Assembly: GCA_902783005.1 (NCBI GenBank)
Contig: CACZPI010000059.1
Location: 12,356-76,355, forward strand
Length of the DNA stretch: 64,000 bases
Origin: an uncultured Ruminococcus sp.
GTDB taxonomy: Bacteria; Bacillota; Clostridia; Oscillospirales; Ruminococcaceae
Direction of reading: 5' to 3'
Positions 46,874-58,203 of the stretch are shown piece after piece. Both the position numbers and the translations under genes were made by a program. The notes under the pieces were generated by a model. That model was not told the origin of the DNA. It made no database searches and saw only the letters and a list, made by a program, of their open reading frames with translations. Numbering within the stretch: position 1 is the first letter of the stretch; each line of letters starts with the position of its first letter.

Positions 46874-47443
46874 TTATCCTCTGTTAGATTTGTTATTTCT
46901 GTATGAATGAACCTGCTCTCTGGCATATTCGACCATCTTCGGAAAGCTCTCCGGCTGGTAACAGCCGACTGCCTGCCTCCGGCGGGAATCAAAATGGCTG
47001 CACATCAGCTCCAGCTGCGACTGACGGTCGGGCGGAGCAGTCAGATAGGCTGTATCAATCGGCTTTTCCGAGCATAGCACATACACAACACAGCCATCTG
47101 CATCACAGATCAGCGCACAATACAGATCAGTCAGCTCACCGCCGTTGTATTGCTGCAAAAACGCATCAAAGGGATCCTCTCCGCTTCCGATCTGAAATGT
47201 ACCGGTAGACAGCGTATTCCCTGCGGCTGTATACAGTGCTGCGGTTTTGCAGACAGTCGTTGCATGTCCCTCAAGGGTTTTCAGTCTGGCGTTTGCAGTG
47301 TATCCGAACATCTCGCCGATCATCCACCAGCAGCCGACGCCGAGCAGGACGACAGCTGCAATGATGATTGCAAGCCATTTCCGGCGTTTTTTCTGATGAT
47401 CGGGTGCAGACTCAAAATCCGGTGTCTCCGTCTCTCTGATCAT
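46874..47443 (-). CDS. Hypothetical membrane-anchored protein (~189 aa) between uvrB and uvrA
   Basis: N-terminal TM (WLAIIIAAVVLLGVGCWWMI). ATG 47443 overlaps the uvrB stop (TGATG). Confidence 0.65.
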   Translation of the reverse strand: MIRETETPDFESAPDHQKKRRKWLAIIIAAVVLLGVGCWWMIGEMFGYTANARLKTLEGHATTVCKTAALYTAAGNTLSTGTFQIGSGEDPFDAFLQQYNGGELTDLYCALICDADGCVVYVLCSEKPIDTAYLTAPPDRQSQLELMCSHFDSRRRQAVGCYQPESFPKMVEYAREQVHSYRNNKSNRG

Positions 47444-49410
47444 CACTTTTCTCCTTTGAGCTTGGCGATCTCATCGCGCAGGAAGGCTGCATGCTCGAAT
47501 TCCAGGAGCTTTGCCGCTTCCTTCATCTGCTTGGTGAGCGATTCGATCAGTTCGTCGCGCTCCTTTTTAGACATCTTCTTTCTGGACGTCTTCTCCTCGA
47601 CATCCTCCTTTTTGGAGATTTCGATTACCTCATGAACATCCTTGATGATGGTCTTGGGAACGATGCCGTGTTCTTCATTATACGCCATCTGAATTGCGCG
47701 GCGGCGCTCCGTCTCACGAATGGCGCGTTCCATAGATCCGGTCACAGTATCCGCATACATGATGACCTGACCATGCGCATTTCGTGCAGCGCGTCCGATG
47801 GTCTGCACCATTGACGTCTCGCTGCGAAGGAATCCTTCCTTGTCTGCATCAAGAATCGCCACAAGCGATACCTCCGGAATGTCCAGACCCTCGCGCAGAA
47901 GATTAATGCCGACCAGGACGTCAAATTCACCCAGCCGCAGATCACGGATGATCTCCATACGCTCAATGGTATCAATATCATGATGAAGATACCGCACACG
48001 AACTCCCATTGTTTCCAGGAAGGTCGTCAGATTCTCTGCCATCTTCTTGGTCAGGGTCGTGACAAGCACACGCTCATGCTTTTCCTCGCGCAGATGGATC
48101 TCAGACAGAAGATCATCCATCTGTCCGTCGATCGGCTTGACAATGATCTCGGGATCCACCAGACCGGTCGGCCGGATCACCTGCTCGACAATGTCTGCAC
48201 TGTGATCGTGCTCATACTCTCCGGGTGTCGCACTGACAAACAAAGCCTGCCGGATATGCGTTTCAAATTCCGCAAACGTCAGCGGGCGGTTATCAAATGC
48301 ACTCGGCAGACGGAAGCCGTAATCCACCAGCGTCTGCTTTCTGCCGCGGTCGCCGGCACTCATGGCACGCACCTGCGGCAGAGTGACATGGCTTTCATCT
48401 ACGATCAGCAGGAAATCTTCCGGAAAATGGTCAAGCAGGGTGTAAGGCACACTGCCCGCAGGACGTCTGGCAAGCACACGGGAATAATTCTCAATGCCGG
48501 GGCAAAAGCCGATCTCCCGGAGCATTTCAATATCATAGTGTGTGCGCTGCGCGATCCGCTGTGCTTCGAGCAGTTTATTGTTGGCTGTAAAATACGCTAC
48601 ACGCTCGGCAAGCTCGTCCTCAATATCGCGGATTGCTGCTTCAATCTTCTCATCTCCGACTACATAATGCGATGCCGGGAAGATCGCTGCATGCTGGAGA
48701 ACGGCCTTGACCTTACCGGTCAGGACATCCGTTTCACAGATGCGGTCGATCTCATCACCGAAAAACTCAACGCGGATGGCCGTATCTGTCGAATTAGCCG
48801 GAAAGATCTCTACCACATCACCGCGGATGCGGAATTTATTACGGGTAAAATCAATGTCGTTGCGTTCATACTGGATTCCAACCAGCTCCCGCGCCAGCTC
48901 GCCGATGGGCTTTTCCATCCCTACCCGCACAGAAACAGTCATGTTCCGGTATTCTTCCGGAGAACCGAGAGAATAAATGCAGGAGACAGATGCCACAATG
49001 ATCACATCTTTACGCTCCGCAAGCGCAGTTGTCGCAGAATGGCGGAGCTTGTCGATCTCGTCATTGATCGAGGAATCCTTTTCAATGTAGCTGTCTGTGC
49101 TCGGCACATACGCCTCCGGCTGGTAATAATCATAGTAGCTGACAAAGTACTCTACCGCATTCTCCGGGAAAAATGCCTTGAATTCGGAACAAAGCTGCGC
49201 AGCAAGAATCTTGTTATGGGCAAGCACGAGGGTAGGTTTGTTCAGATTTGCAATGACATTCGCCATGGTATAGGTCTTGCCCGACCCGGTTACGCCCAGA
49301 AGGGTCTGAATATTCCTGCCCCTCTGATACCCCTCAGTCAGCTCGCGGATCGCCTTCGGCTGGTCACCGGCCGGCGCATAGGGCGCATGCAGCTTGAAAG
49401 CATCCATCAT
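47443..49410 (-). CDS. uvrB: Excinuclease ABC subunit B
   Basis: Helicase motif [13 protein letters not shown] box, C-terminal UVR domain. Confidence 0.96.
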   Translation of the reverse strand: MMDAFKLHAPYAPAGDQPKAIRELTEGYQRGRNIQTLLGVTGSGKTYTMANVIANLNKPTLVLAHNKILAAQLCSEFKAFFPENAVEYFVSYYDYYQPEAYVPSTDSYIEKDSSINDEIDKLRHSATTALAERKDVIIVASVSCIYSLGSPEEYRNMTVSVRVGMEKPIGELARELVGIQYERNDIDFTRNKFRIRGDVVEIFPANSTDTAIRVEFFGDEIDRICETDVLTGKVKAVLQHAAIFPASHYVVGDEKIEAAIRDIEDELAERVAYFTANNKLLEAQRIAQRTHYDIEMLREIGFCPGIENYSRVLARRPAGSVPYTLLDHFPEDFLLIVDESHVTLPQVRAMSAGDRGRKQTLVDYGFRLPSAFDNRPLTFAEFETHIRQALFVSATPGEYEHDHSADIVEQVIRPTGLVDPEIIVKPIDGQMDDLLSEIHLREEKHERVLVTTLTKKMAENLTTFLETMGVRVRYLHHDIDTIERMEIIRDLRLGEFDVLVGINLLREGLDIPEVSLVAILDADKEGFLRSETSMVQTIGRAARNAHGQVIMYADTVTGSMERAIRETERRRAIQMAYNEEHGIVPKTIIKDVHEVIEISKKEDVEEKTSRKKMSKKERDELIESLTKQMKEAAKLLEFEHAAFLRDEIAKLKGEK

Positions 49411-49425
49411 AATCTCCTTTCCGGA

Positions 49426-50130
49426 TCAGCACATGTGCAGTGAACCCATCTGCGCCATCGAACCGGCTCTGGAACCGGCAACAATGATGTGATCTACAAG
49501 ACGAATTCCCAAACTGGAGAGAACATCCTTAATTGTGCTGGTTGTATAAATATCCTCACGCGACGGAACAGGTTCTCCCATCGGATGACAATGTGCAAGG
49601 ATCACATTGGAGCAATGCTGACACAGGATAAAGCGAATCAGATCCTGCATATTGATCTGCATCGCGCTTGTAGCGCCTTTGCCGATCTCCGTACCGTTGA
49701 CAAGATGAAGCGTATCATCAAGGCACGCTACATAGGCACGTTCTTCCTGATAGTTTGAGAGCAGCTCCTGGAAATACTGGCATCTGTTCTTCACGCTCGA
49801 AAGATCCTTTCTATCCGGTGTCGGCTGATTCAGTCTCTCAATCAGCCATCCAATGGATTTCAGAAAACGTGCAGACTTCTCTCCGATGCCCTTAACCTGA
49901 ACCAGTTCCTGCTGCTGTGCTGCAAATACGCGATCAAGCGAGCCAAAATGCTCCAACAGCTCATGTGCGAGATCGTTTGTGTCTTCACGCGGGATCACAT
50001 TAAACAGCATAAATTCCAAGATCTCATGATCTTGGAATCCTACGAATCCATTCTGATCAACTCGATTCCGCATGCGTTCCCGATGTCCGCCATGCGGATG
50101 ATTATATTTTGCGTTTGCCATATCATTCAT
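49426..50130 (-). CDS. radC: RadC-like JAB-domain protein
   Basis: HhH region (VKGIGEKSA) and JAB motif HCHPMGEPVPSREDI. Confidence 0.88.
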   Translation of the reverse strand: MNDMANAKYNHPHGGHRERMRNRVDQNGFVGFQDHEILEFMLFNVIPREDTNDLAHELLEHFGSLDRVFAAQQQELVQVKGIGEKSARFLKSIGWLIERLNQPTPDRKDLSSVKNRCQYFQELLSNYQEERAYVACLDDTLHLVNGTEIGKGATSAMQINMQDLIRFILCQHCSNVILAHCHPMGEPVPSREDIYTTSTIKDVLSSLGIRLVDHIIVAGSRAGSMAQMGSLHMC

Positions 50131-50220
50131 TCACTTCACAATTTCATTAAATTTTTTAAAATAGGCTTTTCAAATCAGCCGGGATGTGCTATAATAGAAA
50201 AAAACGTCAGGAGACAGAAC

Positions 50221-51162
50221 ATGAGAATCTTTACCATAACCACAAACGATGCAGGTCAGCGGCTCGATAAATTCCTCACGAAGCTGATGCCCTCCATGCC
50301 GAAAGGCATGCTCTATAAGCTGATCCGGAAAAAGGATATTCGCCTGAACCAGGCACGATGCAAAGGGACGGAGATCCTCCGGGCAGGCGATACTGTCAGG
50401 ATCTTTGCGAAAGAAGAATTCTTTGCCAACCGCAGCAATCTGCATTTTATGCCCGCTTCCGGAAAACCGGATCTCCTGTATGAGGATGACAGCATCCTGA
50501 TCGCTTATAAGCCCTCCGGGATGTATGCCCACAACGGAGAAGACGAGGTTGTTTCCCTGCTTGACGAAATTCAGAAATACCTCTATGAAAAAGGCACCTA
50601 TCTTCCGGAGCAGGAGCATACCTTTGCGCCTGCACTCTGCAACCGCATTGACCGGAATACGGAAGGTCTGGTCATTGCAGCCAAGACAGCGGCGGCGCTG
50701 CGGGATATGAACGAAGCGATCCGTGAGCGGAAGGTGCACAAGCACTATCTTGCCATTACAGCAGCCCCCCTGCCCGGGCAGCATGAGACATGCACGGCCT
50801 GGCTGAAAAAAGAGGATCGCCAGGTTCAGGTCGCTGATACACCTGCCGATCCGTCCTGGAAACGCATCGTCACAGAATACCGCGTGCTTGCACAGTCCGG
50901 ATGCATGCAGCTTGTACAGGTGACACTGCACACCGGACGCACCCATCAGATCCGTGCGCATCTTGCCTCTCTCGGTGCTCCGATCCTCGGCGATCCCAAG
51001 TACGGTCAGCTTGCATCCGCAGAGGAAAACCAATGCCTGTGCGCATGGTCGCTTTCCTTCACCGGACTAGCAGGAACCGCCGTTGCTGCGCTTGACGGCA
51101 AAACCGTCACGGTTCCTGCACCGGAATTTGTCAGACGGTATTTTCCGGATGCTGCAATCTGA
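50221..51162 (+). CDS. RluA-family (RluC/RluD-like) 23S rRNA pseudouridine synthase
   Basis: S4 domain (QRLDKFL) and catalytic block NRIDRNTEGL..HQIR. ATG 50221 follows AGGAGA. The track start 49948 is antisense overlap with radC. Confidence 0.88.
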   Translation: MRIFTITTNDAGQRLDKFLTKLMPSMPKGMLYKLIRKKDIRLNQARCKGTEILRAGDTVRIFAKEEFFANRSNLHFMPASGKPDLLYEDDSILIAYKPSGMYAHNGEDEVVSLLDEIQKYLYEKGTYLPEQEHTFAPALCNRIDRNTEGLVIAAKTAAALRDMNEAIRERKVHKHYLAITAAPLPGQHETCTAWLKKEDRQVQVADTPADPSWKRIVTEYRVLAQSGCMQLVQVTLHTGRTHQIRAHLASLGAPILGDPKYGQLASAEENQCLCAWSLSFTGLAGTAVAALDGKTVTVPAPEFVRRYFPDAAI

Positions 51163-51168
51163 AAAATC

Positions 51169-53184
<2,016 letters not shown>

Positions 53185-53240
53185 TTATTATACCACATAT
53201 CCGGGAAATTAGCAAGGGGGTAATCACTTTTTCCTCATCT

Positions 53241-53269
53241 ATTATATCACAGAATGTTCGGCAAGTCAA
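53241..53269 (-). promoter_or_regulatory. sigma-A promoter of ligA (TTGACT-17-TATAAT)
   Basis: Perfect hexamers on the minus strand ~90 nt upstream of the ligA ATG. Confidence 0.7.
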
Positions 53270-53293
53270 ATGCCCCCGCAGACACGGGGGCAT
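53270..53293 (-). terminator. Hairpin terminator after the Cys-rich protein gene
   Basis: ATGCCCCCG-tgtctg-CGGGGGCAT followed by TTTGA on minus; the short U-tract makes it weak. Confidence 0.55.
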
Positions 53294-53303
53294 CCATGAA
53301 AGG

Positions 53304-54098
53304 TTAACTGCCGTAGGGAATTTCGCCGCTGCCACAGCCGCAGCCGTTTCCGGAGCTGTTATCTGTCTCATTCAGAGACAGGGGCGCAAACTCCTCCGTG
53401 GGGAAGCGCATCTTGTCAAAGACAGCGCACGGTGCCTCTGTGTCAACGCTGCATTCCTTGCTCGGGATCGTATACTCATAGGTCGGCACCAGCAGCGTGA
53501 CCGGGCGCGTCAGTTCAATGACGGAGAACAGACCGAGCGTCATCACAACAGTCCGCACAGTCGGCGGCATCTGCCGCTGTTCCGTGCCGGCAGCAGGCTG
53601 GCAGCAGACAGATGCGATCTTTGTTTCCAGTGCCAGCGGAGGAACCACCTGGACATTGCAGCTCGGCAGATTGACGACCTCGCAGCAGTCGTCCATATTC
53701 CCGATGGAAACGCCGGTACTGGAAAAAGACTGCGTGTTCGATTCGCTGCCGTACAGAATGCTGCTCTTACCCGCATATACGGTGCCTTCCATGACGGTGG
53801 GCGTCTCGCAGGCATGCGTATAGCACAGCAGCTCCACACGGAATGTAAATGTGATGTCAATATTGTAGAACCCGCGGTTGAACGGTACCGGTTCAATCCG
53901 CATGCAGACATCCTGCACCCGCACGCATTTGCACTTGACAAGCTGGATGTTTGCAGGCAGCTCTCCGGCATCAAGCAGCACAGGCACATTCGACAGGCAA
54001 TCACGGTCGCTGCAGCTGTCAAATACGCGGTTGACCTTGATCGGGACGGCATCGGATGCACGGCGTTCCGTACCGTCGCCATTCATTTCAAAGCTCAT
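53304..54098 (-). CDS. Hypothetical Cys-rich protein (264 aa) ending in ..GNGCGCGSGEIPYGS
   Basis: AGGAGGG 6 nt before ATG 54098. Multiple Cys pairs (FDSCSDRDC, DDCCEVVNLPSC); no family recognised. Confidence 0.7.
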   Translation of the reverse strand: MSFEMNGDGTERRASDAVPIKVNRVFDSCSDRDCLSNVPVLLDAGELPANIQLVKCKCVRVQDVCMRIEPVPFNRGFYNIDITFTFRVELLCYTHACETPTVMEGTVYAGKSSILYGSESNTQSFSSTGVSIGNMDDCCEVVNLPSCNVQVVPPLALETKIASVCCQPAAGTEQRQMPPTVRTVVMTLGLFSVIELTRPVTLLVPTYEYTIPSKECSVDTEAPCAVFDKMRFPTEEFAPLSLNETDNSSGNGCGCGSGEIPYGS

Positions 54099-54184
54099 AA
54101 AAACCCTCCTGTTCATTCTGTTACAGGGAATCGGTCAATTCCCTTGGTACAGAATATTCAGGAGGGTTCGATTTTGTGACAGGT

Positions 54185-54541
54185 TCAGTCCTTCATCTCC
54201 GGCTTGCCATAGATCTGCTTGAAGAAGCAGGAATAGCTGCCGGTATGGCAGGCATTTCCGGTCTGCTCTACATTGATGAGCAGCGTATCGTCGTCGCAGT
54301 CGGCAAAAATGGAAATGACCTTCTGCAGATGGCCGGAGGTTGCGCCCTTGTTCCAGAGCTCCTGACGGGAACGCGACCAGTACCAGGTATACCCGGTTTC
54401 CAGCGTTTTCCGCAGGCTTTCCTTGTTCATATATGCCAGCATCAGGACAGTTTTGGTATGAACATCCATCGTAATGGCAGGAATCAGGTCGGATTTCACG
54501 AAATATTTATCCAGATCATTCAGATCAATCAGTGAGGACAT
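54185..54541 (-). CDS. hisI: Phosphoribosyl-AMP cyclohydrolase (stand-alone, no HisE domain)
   Basis: [32 protein letters not shown] motifs; 118 aa. AAAGGAGA RBS. Confidence 0.93.
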   Translation of the reverse strand: MSSLIDLNDLDKYFVKSDLIPAITMDVHTKTVLMLAYMNKESLRKTLETGYTWYWSRSRQELWNKGATSGHLQKVISIFADCDDDTLLINVEQTGNACHTGSYSCFFKQIYGKPEMKD

Positions 54542-54554
54542 TGGAATTCTCCTT

Positions 54555-55304
54555 TCAGAAAAGATTGGCTGTCAGCGCCGACTTCCAGCGGGTATACAGT
54601 GCGGCATCATCCGATCCCGGCTGTTCTCCGTTCATAAGTGCCGTATAGACACGCTGACCTGCAAGATTGCCTCCTGCCGGAAGCACAGCGGGATCCTTCT
54701 TCCCCGGCATCATCTGACCGGGAACGGCAATGACCGCACGAGCAGGCGGATTTCCGTTCGCATCCGTAATGCGGTTTTCCGATTCAGAAGGAGCATAATC
54801 ACGAAACGTCAGCCTAAGTCCGGGCGGCAGGAGCACCTCATCCTCATCCGCCTTGGCATACTGCGAGAGCTGCTCTGCCATGATGATACAAGGGGTATCC
54901 TCCTGCAAGCGAAACCGCATCAGGACAACACCCACCCGGTCACCGTACTGCGGCAGGAAACCGCTTCGGCATGTGGAGGTAAACGACATGGTTCTGCCCT
55001 CTGTAGACATCCGAAGATAATCCGCGAGACGCTCCACACGGTACACCTCGCGTGCATCTCCTCCGGGCTGAAATGCCGAGATCAAGTCACGCAGCAATGA
55101 AATGAGGCGTTCTTCATCCTCCAGAATCGCAGAATTCAGCCGTTTTCTCTCTGCTGCGCGGGCTCGTTCTGTTTCGATGCCGGGGAAAAACAGGGAATTC
55201 AGAACAACATACGCCTTTCCGTCTCCCCAGAAGGGATCATTCCCCTGCACATCTCCGATGTAATACCGCACGGCACGGCATTGCGCTGCTGTCAGCGGAT
55301 TCAT
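54555..55304 (-). CDS. ADP-ribosyltransferase-like protein (R-S-ExE class, C3/VIP2-like core), cytoplasmic, 249 aa
   Basis: Ordered ART motifs: N-terminal helix block ([17 protein letters not shown]), Arg region VYRVER, STS-like FTSTC, and EDEVLLPPG (ExE followed by LLPPG). No signal peptide. ATGA overlap with the hisF stop. Confidence 0.65.
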   Translation of the reverse strand: MNPLTAAQCRAVRYYIGDVQGNDPFWGDGKAYVVLNSLFFPGIETERARAAERKRLNSAILEDEERLISLLRDLISAFQPGGDAREVYRVERLADYLRMSTEGRTMSFTSTCRSGFLPQYGDRVGVVLMRFRLQEDTPCIIMAEQLSQYAKADEDEVLLPPGLRLTFRDYAPSESENRITDANGNPPARAVIAVPGQMMPGKKDPAVLPAGGNLAGQRVYTALMNGEQPGSDDAALYTRWKSALTANLF

Positions 55305-56056
55305 CGGACAATGATACCCTTGCTGCGGCAGTCATCCTTGACCTGCTGCACCGTCAGCTCATGGAAGTGAAACAGCGATGCTGCAAGCGCTGCGGAGCAA
55401 TCCGTCCGCTCGAAAGCCTCTGCAAAATCGCCCAGCTTCCCGGCGCCGCCGCTTGCGATCACAGGAATGCTGACCGCATCAACGACTGCCTTGAGCATCG
55501 GCAAATCAAAGCCCCCCTTGACACCGTCTGTATCAATGGAATTCAGGCAGATCTCCCCTGCACCGAGCTGCTCGATCTGCTTTACCCAGTCAAGCAGATC
55601 AAGCTGCATGTCGATACGGCCGCCGTTGATATACACCGTCCAGTTGCCTGCCGGTGTCTTTTTGGCATCAATGCCGACGCAGATGCACTGGCTGCCGAAA
55701 ATGTCGGCACCGTCCTTGATAAGCTGCGGGTTCTGTACCGCCTGCGAATTGACAGAAACCTTGTCCGCACCCGCACGCAGCGTTTCCCGGATGTCATCAA
55801 CGGTCTTGATGCCGCCGCCGACTGTCAGCGGAACGAAAACGCGCTTTGCCGTCTCGCGTACCACATCAAGCATTACGCCGCGGCCTTCATGAGATGCAGT
55901 AATATCATAAAAAACGATCTCGTCCGCACCCTGCTTGTTGTATTCTGCGGCGCATTCCACCGGGTCACCGACCTCGCGGATGCCCTCAAAATTCACGCCC
56001 TTGACAACCCTGCCGTCACGCACATCCAGACAGGGAATGATTCGTTTTGCGAGCAT
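55301..56056 (-). CDS. hisF: Imidazole glycerol phosphate synthase cyclase subunit
   Basis: [14 protein letters not shown] and ASGGAG blocks. AAGGAGGG RBS. Confidence 0.95.
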   Translation of the reverse strand: MLAKRIIPCLDVRDGRVVKGVNFEGIREVGDPVECAAEYNKQGADEIVFYDITASHEGRGVMLDVVRETAKRVFVPLTVGGGIKTVDDIRETLRAGADKVSVNSQAVQNPQLIKDGADIFGSQCICVGIDAKKTPAGNWTVYINGGRIDMQLDLLDWVKQIEQLGAGEICLNSIDTDGVKGGFDLPMLKAVVDAVSIPVIASGGAGKLGDFAEAFERTDCSAALAASLFHFHELTVQQVKDDCRSKGIIVR

Positions 56057-56067
56057 ATAGCCCTCCT

Positions 56068-56301
56068 TTATTGATTGACAGGCTTTGCCTTAGACGACTG
56101 CTTCAGCTTCTGTATATCACCCGGGGATACCCATTGTTCCGTATAGCCGCAGCCGCAGCAGATATAGCGCTCCACCGAAACATTGGAGAAAATGGTCGCA
56201 CCCACCGCGATGCCCTTTGTGCTGCTGTCGAGAAATCCGTCATTGACAAAGCAGCGAATATCATGACTGCCGCATTTGGGACACTGTTTAGACTGTTTCA
56301 T
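56068..56301 (-). CDS. Small zinc-ribbon protein (77 aa) inside the his operon
   Basis: CPKCGS..(41)..CCGCGYTE four-Cys ribbon. ATG 56301 overlaps the hisA stop (TGATG). It ends 11 nt before the hisF ATG, and its stop codon overlaps the hisF SD (TAAAGGAGGG). Confidence 0.65.
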   Translation of the reverse strand: MKQSKQCPKCGSHDIRCFVNDGFLDSSTKGIAVGATIFSNVSVERYICCGCGYTEQWVSPGDIQKLKQSSKAKPVNQ

Positions 56302-57023
56302 CAAGCATTCTCCCTGGTGTAGGAAACCGCCTCGGCAAGATCGAGCGTTCCCTGATACAGCGACTTGCCGGCAATGGTTCCGTACAGTCCCATATTCCGG
56401 CAGATCCGGATGTCCTCCATGGTATGCACACCGCCGCTGGCGATCACATTCATGGAAACCGCATCATGCAGGGCAGACAGCTGCTCGGCATTGACGCCGG
56501 AAAGGGTGCCGTCCTTGGAGATGTCGGTAAAAATCACCGTTCTGACACCGATCTTCTCCATTTCCTTTGCAAGAGAAATGTAATCCACGGTAGAGGCATC
56601 CAGCCAGCCCTCCACGGCAACCATGCCGTTCTTGGCGTCGATCCCGACCGCAATGCGCTCGCCATATGCCTTGACAGCTTCCTCAACAAGCGCCGGATTC
56701 TTCAGGGCAATGCTGCCGAGGATCACGCGGGAAACGCCGCCGGAGAGATACATCTCCATGGTCTCCATTGTGCGGATGCCGCCGCCGACCTCCACCTTCA
56801 GGGGAGTATGCCTGGCAACGTCGAGGAAAATTGAAGTATTGACAGGCTTGGCATCCTTGGCGCCGTCAAGATCGACCATATGGATCCACTCCGCACCGGC
56901 CCTGACAAAGCCCTGTGCCGTTTCCATATAATCCTCTGCAACCTTGTGAGCCGTACCGTAATCACCGCGGACGAGGCGCACGCAGTTGCCGTCCTTAATA
57001 TCAATTGCAGGGAGAATAATCAT
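56301..57023 (-). CDS. hisA: ProFAR isomerase
   Basis: IILPAIDIKDG, DLDGA and VGGGIR motifs. Confidence 0.95.
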   Translation of the reverse strand: MIILPAIDIKDGNCVRLVRGDYGTAHKVAEDYMETAQGFVRAGAEWIHMVDLDGAKDAKPVNTSIFLDVARHTPLKVEVGGGIRTMETMEMYLSGGVSRVILGSIALKNPALVEEAVKAYGERIAVGIDAKNGMVAVEGWLDASTVDYISLAKEMEKIGVRTVIFTDISKDGTLSGVNAEQLSALHDAVSMNVIASGGVHTMEDIRICRNMGLYGTIAGKSLYQGTLDLAEAVSYTRENA

Positions 57024-57622
57024 ACCAGACCTCCGAAATTACGCAGGATCTGCAGTCCGACTTCGCCGGATTTCTCCGGATGGAACTGCGCTCCGAATAC
57101 ATTGCCGCCGTCATACACCATTGCCGGAACCTTGCCGCCGTATTCTACCCAGGCAGCCAGATTGGCATCGGGGCATTTTGCCGCAAAGGAATGCACGAAG
57201 TACACGAAGGCTTCCTCAGGAAGTCCCTGCAGCAGCGGGCAGTCAACACCCGGTTCCAGCTTGTTCCATCCCATATGCGGAATGATCAGGCCAGGCGCAT
57301 CCAGACGCTCTACGGTTCCGGGAATCAGGCCAAGACCGGCACATTCCTCAAATTCATATCCGGTTTCCAGAAGCATCTGCATACCAAGACAAATGCCAAG
57401 CAGGGGCTTTTTCTGTGCCTGCGATTTCAGAACATCGACAAGTCCCTTCTGGTGCAGCATCTTCATTGCAGCAGGAAATGCACCGACACCGGGGAGGATC
57501 ACTTCATCTGCCGCTTCGATCTCAGCCGGTGCTTCGGTCAGCTTGTTGGGCATTCCCAGGTAATCGAGCGCATTCTTGACGCTGAAAATATTACCGGCGC
57601 CGTAATCTACAATTGCAATCAT
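57020..57622 (-). CDS. hisH: Imidazole glycerol phosphate synthase glutaminase subunit
   Basis: IAIVDYGAGN, GICLGMQ (catalytic Cys) and QFHPEKS. Confidence 0.95.
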   Translation of the reverse strand: MIAIVDYGAGNIFSVKNALDYLGMPNKLTEAPAEIEAADEVILPGVGAFPAAMKMLHQKGLVDVLKSQAQKKPLLGICLGMQMLLETGYEFEECAGLGLIPGTVERLDAPGLIIPHMGWNKLEPGVDCPLLQGLPEEAFVYFVHSFAAKCPDANLAAWVEYGGKVPAMVYDGGNVFGAQFHPEKSGEVGLQILRNFGGLV

Positions 57623-58203
57623 CCCAGCATTCCTTTCGTTGAAAAGACTTCGCCGTCTCCGGTCGGTGCCGCCGCAATGCGCAGCGCATGGGCAACGGCC
57701 TTGAAGAGTGCTTCGGTCTTGTGATGGTCGTTCTTGCCGTACATGACATTGGCATGGAGCGTAATGCCTGCATTGAAGGCAAATGCCCGCAGGAATTCCT
57801 CGGTCAGACAGGTATCATACGCACCGATCATGGCATTGGTATACTCGGCGTTGTAGACCAGAAACGGACGGTTGCAGATATCCATGCAGCAGAAGGCAAG
57901 GCTTTCATCCATCGGGATATAGGCACTCCCATACCGCTTGATACCACTCTTGTCACCGAGCGCCTTCGCAAGTGCCTGTCCGAGCACAATGCCGGTATCC
58001 TCTACGGTATGGTGAGCATCCACATGCGTATCACCGACGGCATGAATCACCATCGGAATCCCGCTGTGTACCGTCAGTGCCGTCAGCATATGGTCAAAGA
58101 ATCCGATTCCGGTTGAAATATCGTATTTCCCATCCTCCGGGAGAATGGTCACGGTAATATCCGTTTCCTTGGAAGTGCGGGTTACGGTGGCTGTCGTCAT
58201 CAT
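57619..58203 (-). CDS. hisB: Imidazoleglycerol-phosphate dehydratase
   Basis: GIGFFDHML, DTHVDAHHTVED and NDHHKTEA motifs. Confidence 0.95.
   Translation of the reverse strand: MMTTATVTRTSKETDITVTILPEDGKYDISTGIGFFDHMLTALTVHSGIPMVIHAVGDTHVDAHHTVEDTGIVLGQALAKALGDKSGIKRYGSAYIPMDESLAFCCMDICNRPFLVYNAEYTNAMIGAYDTCLTEEFLRAFAFNAGITLHANVMYGKNDHHKTEALFKAVAHALRIAAAPTGDGEVFSTKGMLG

Noticed and set aside
49426-50130. RadC JAB protein (and the JAMM at 19210-19620) as markers of a mobile or defence element.
   Set aside because: RadC sits in a conserved housekeeping neighbourhood (uvrB, rlu, ligA) with no integrase, repeats or compositional shift. The JAMM gene is explained by the sulfur-carrier pathway.
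54555-55304. ART-like protein as a secreted exotoxin or part of a toxin-antitoxin or phage-defence island.
   Set aside because: It has no signal peptide, no delivery or immunity gene, no mobile-element hallmarks, and a 4-nt ATGA overlap with hisF. The context is core metabolism, so it was kept as a finding but not called a toxin or defence gene.
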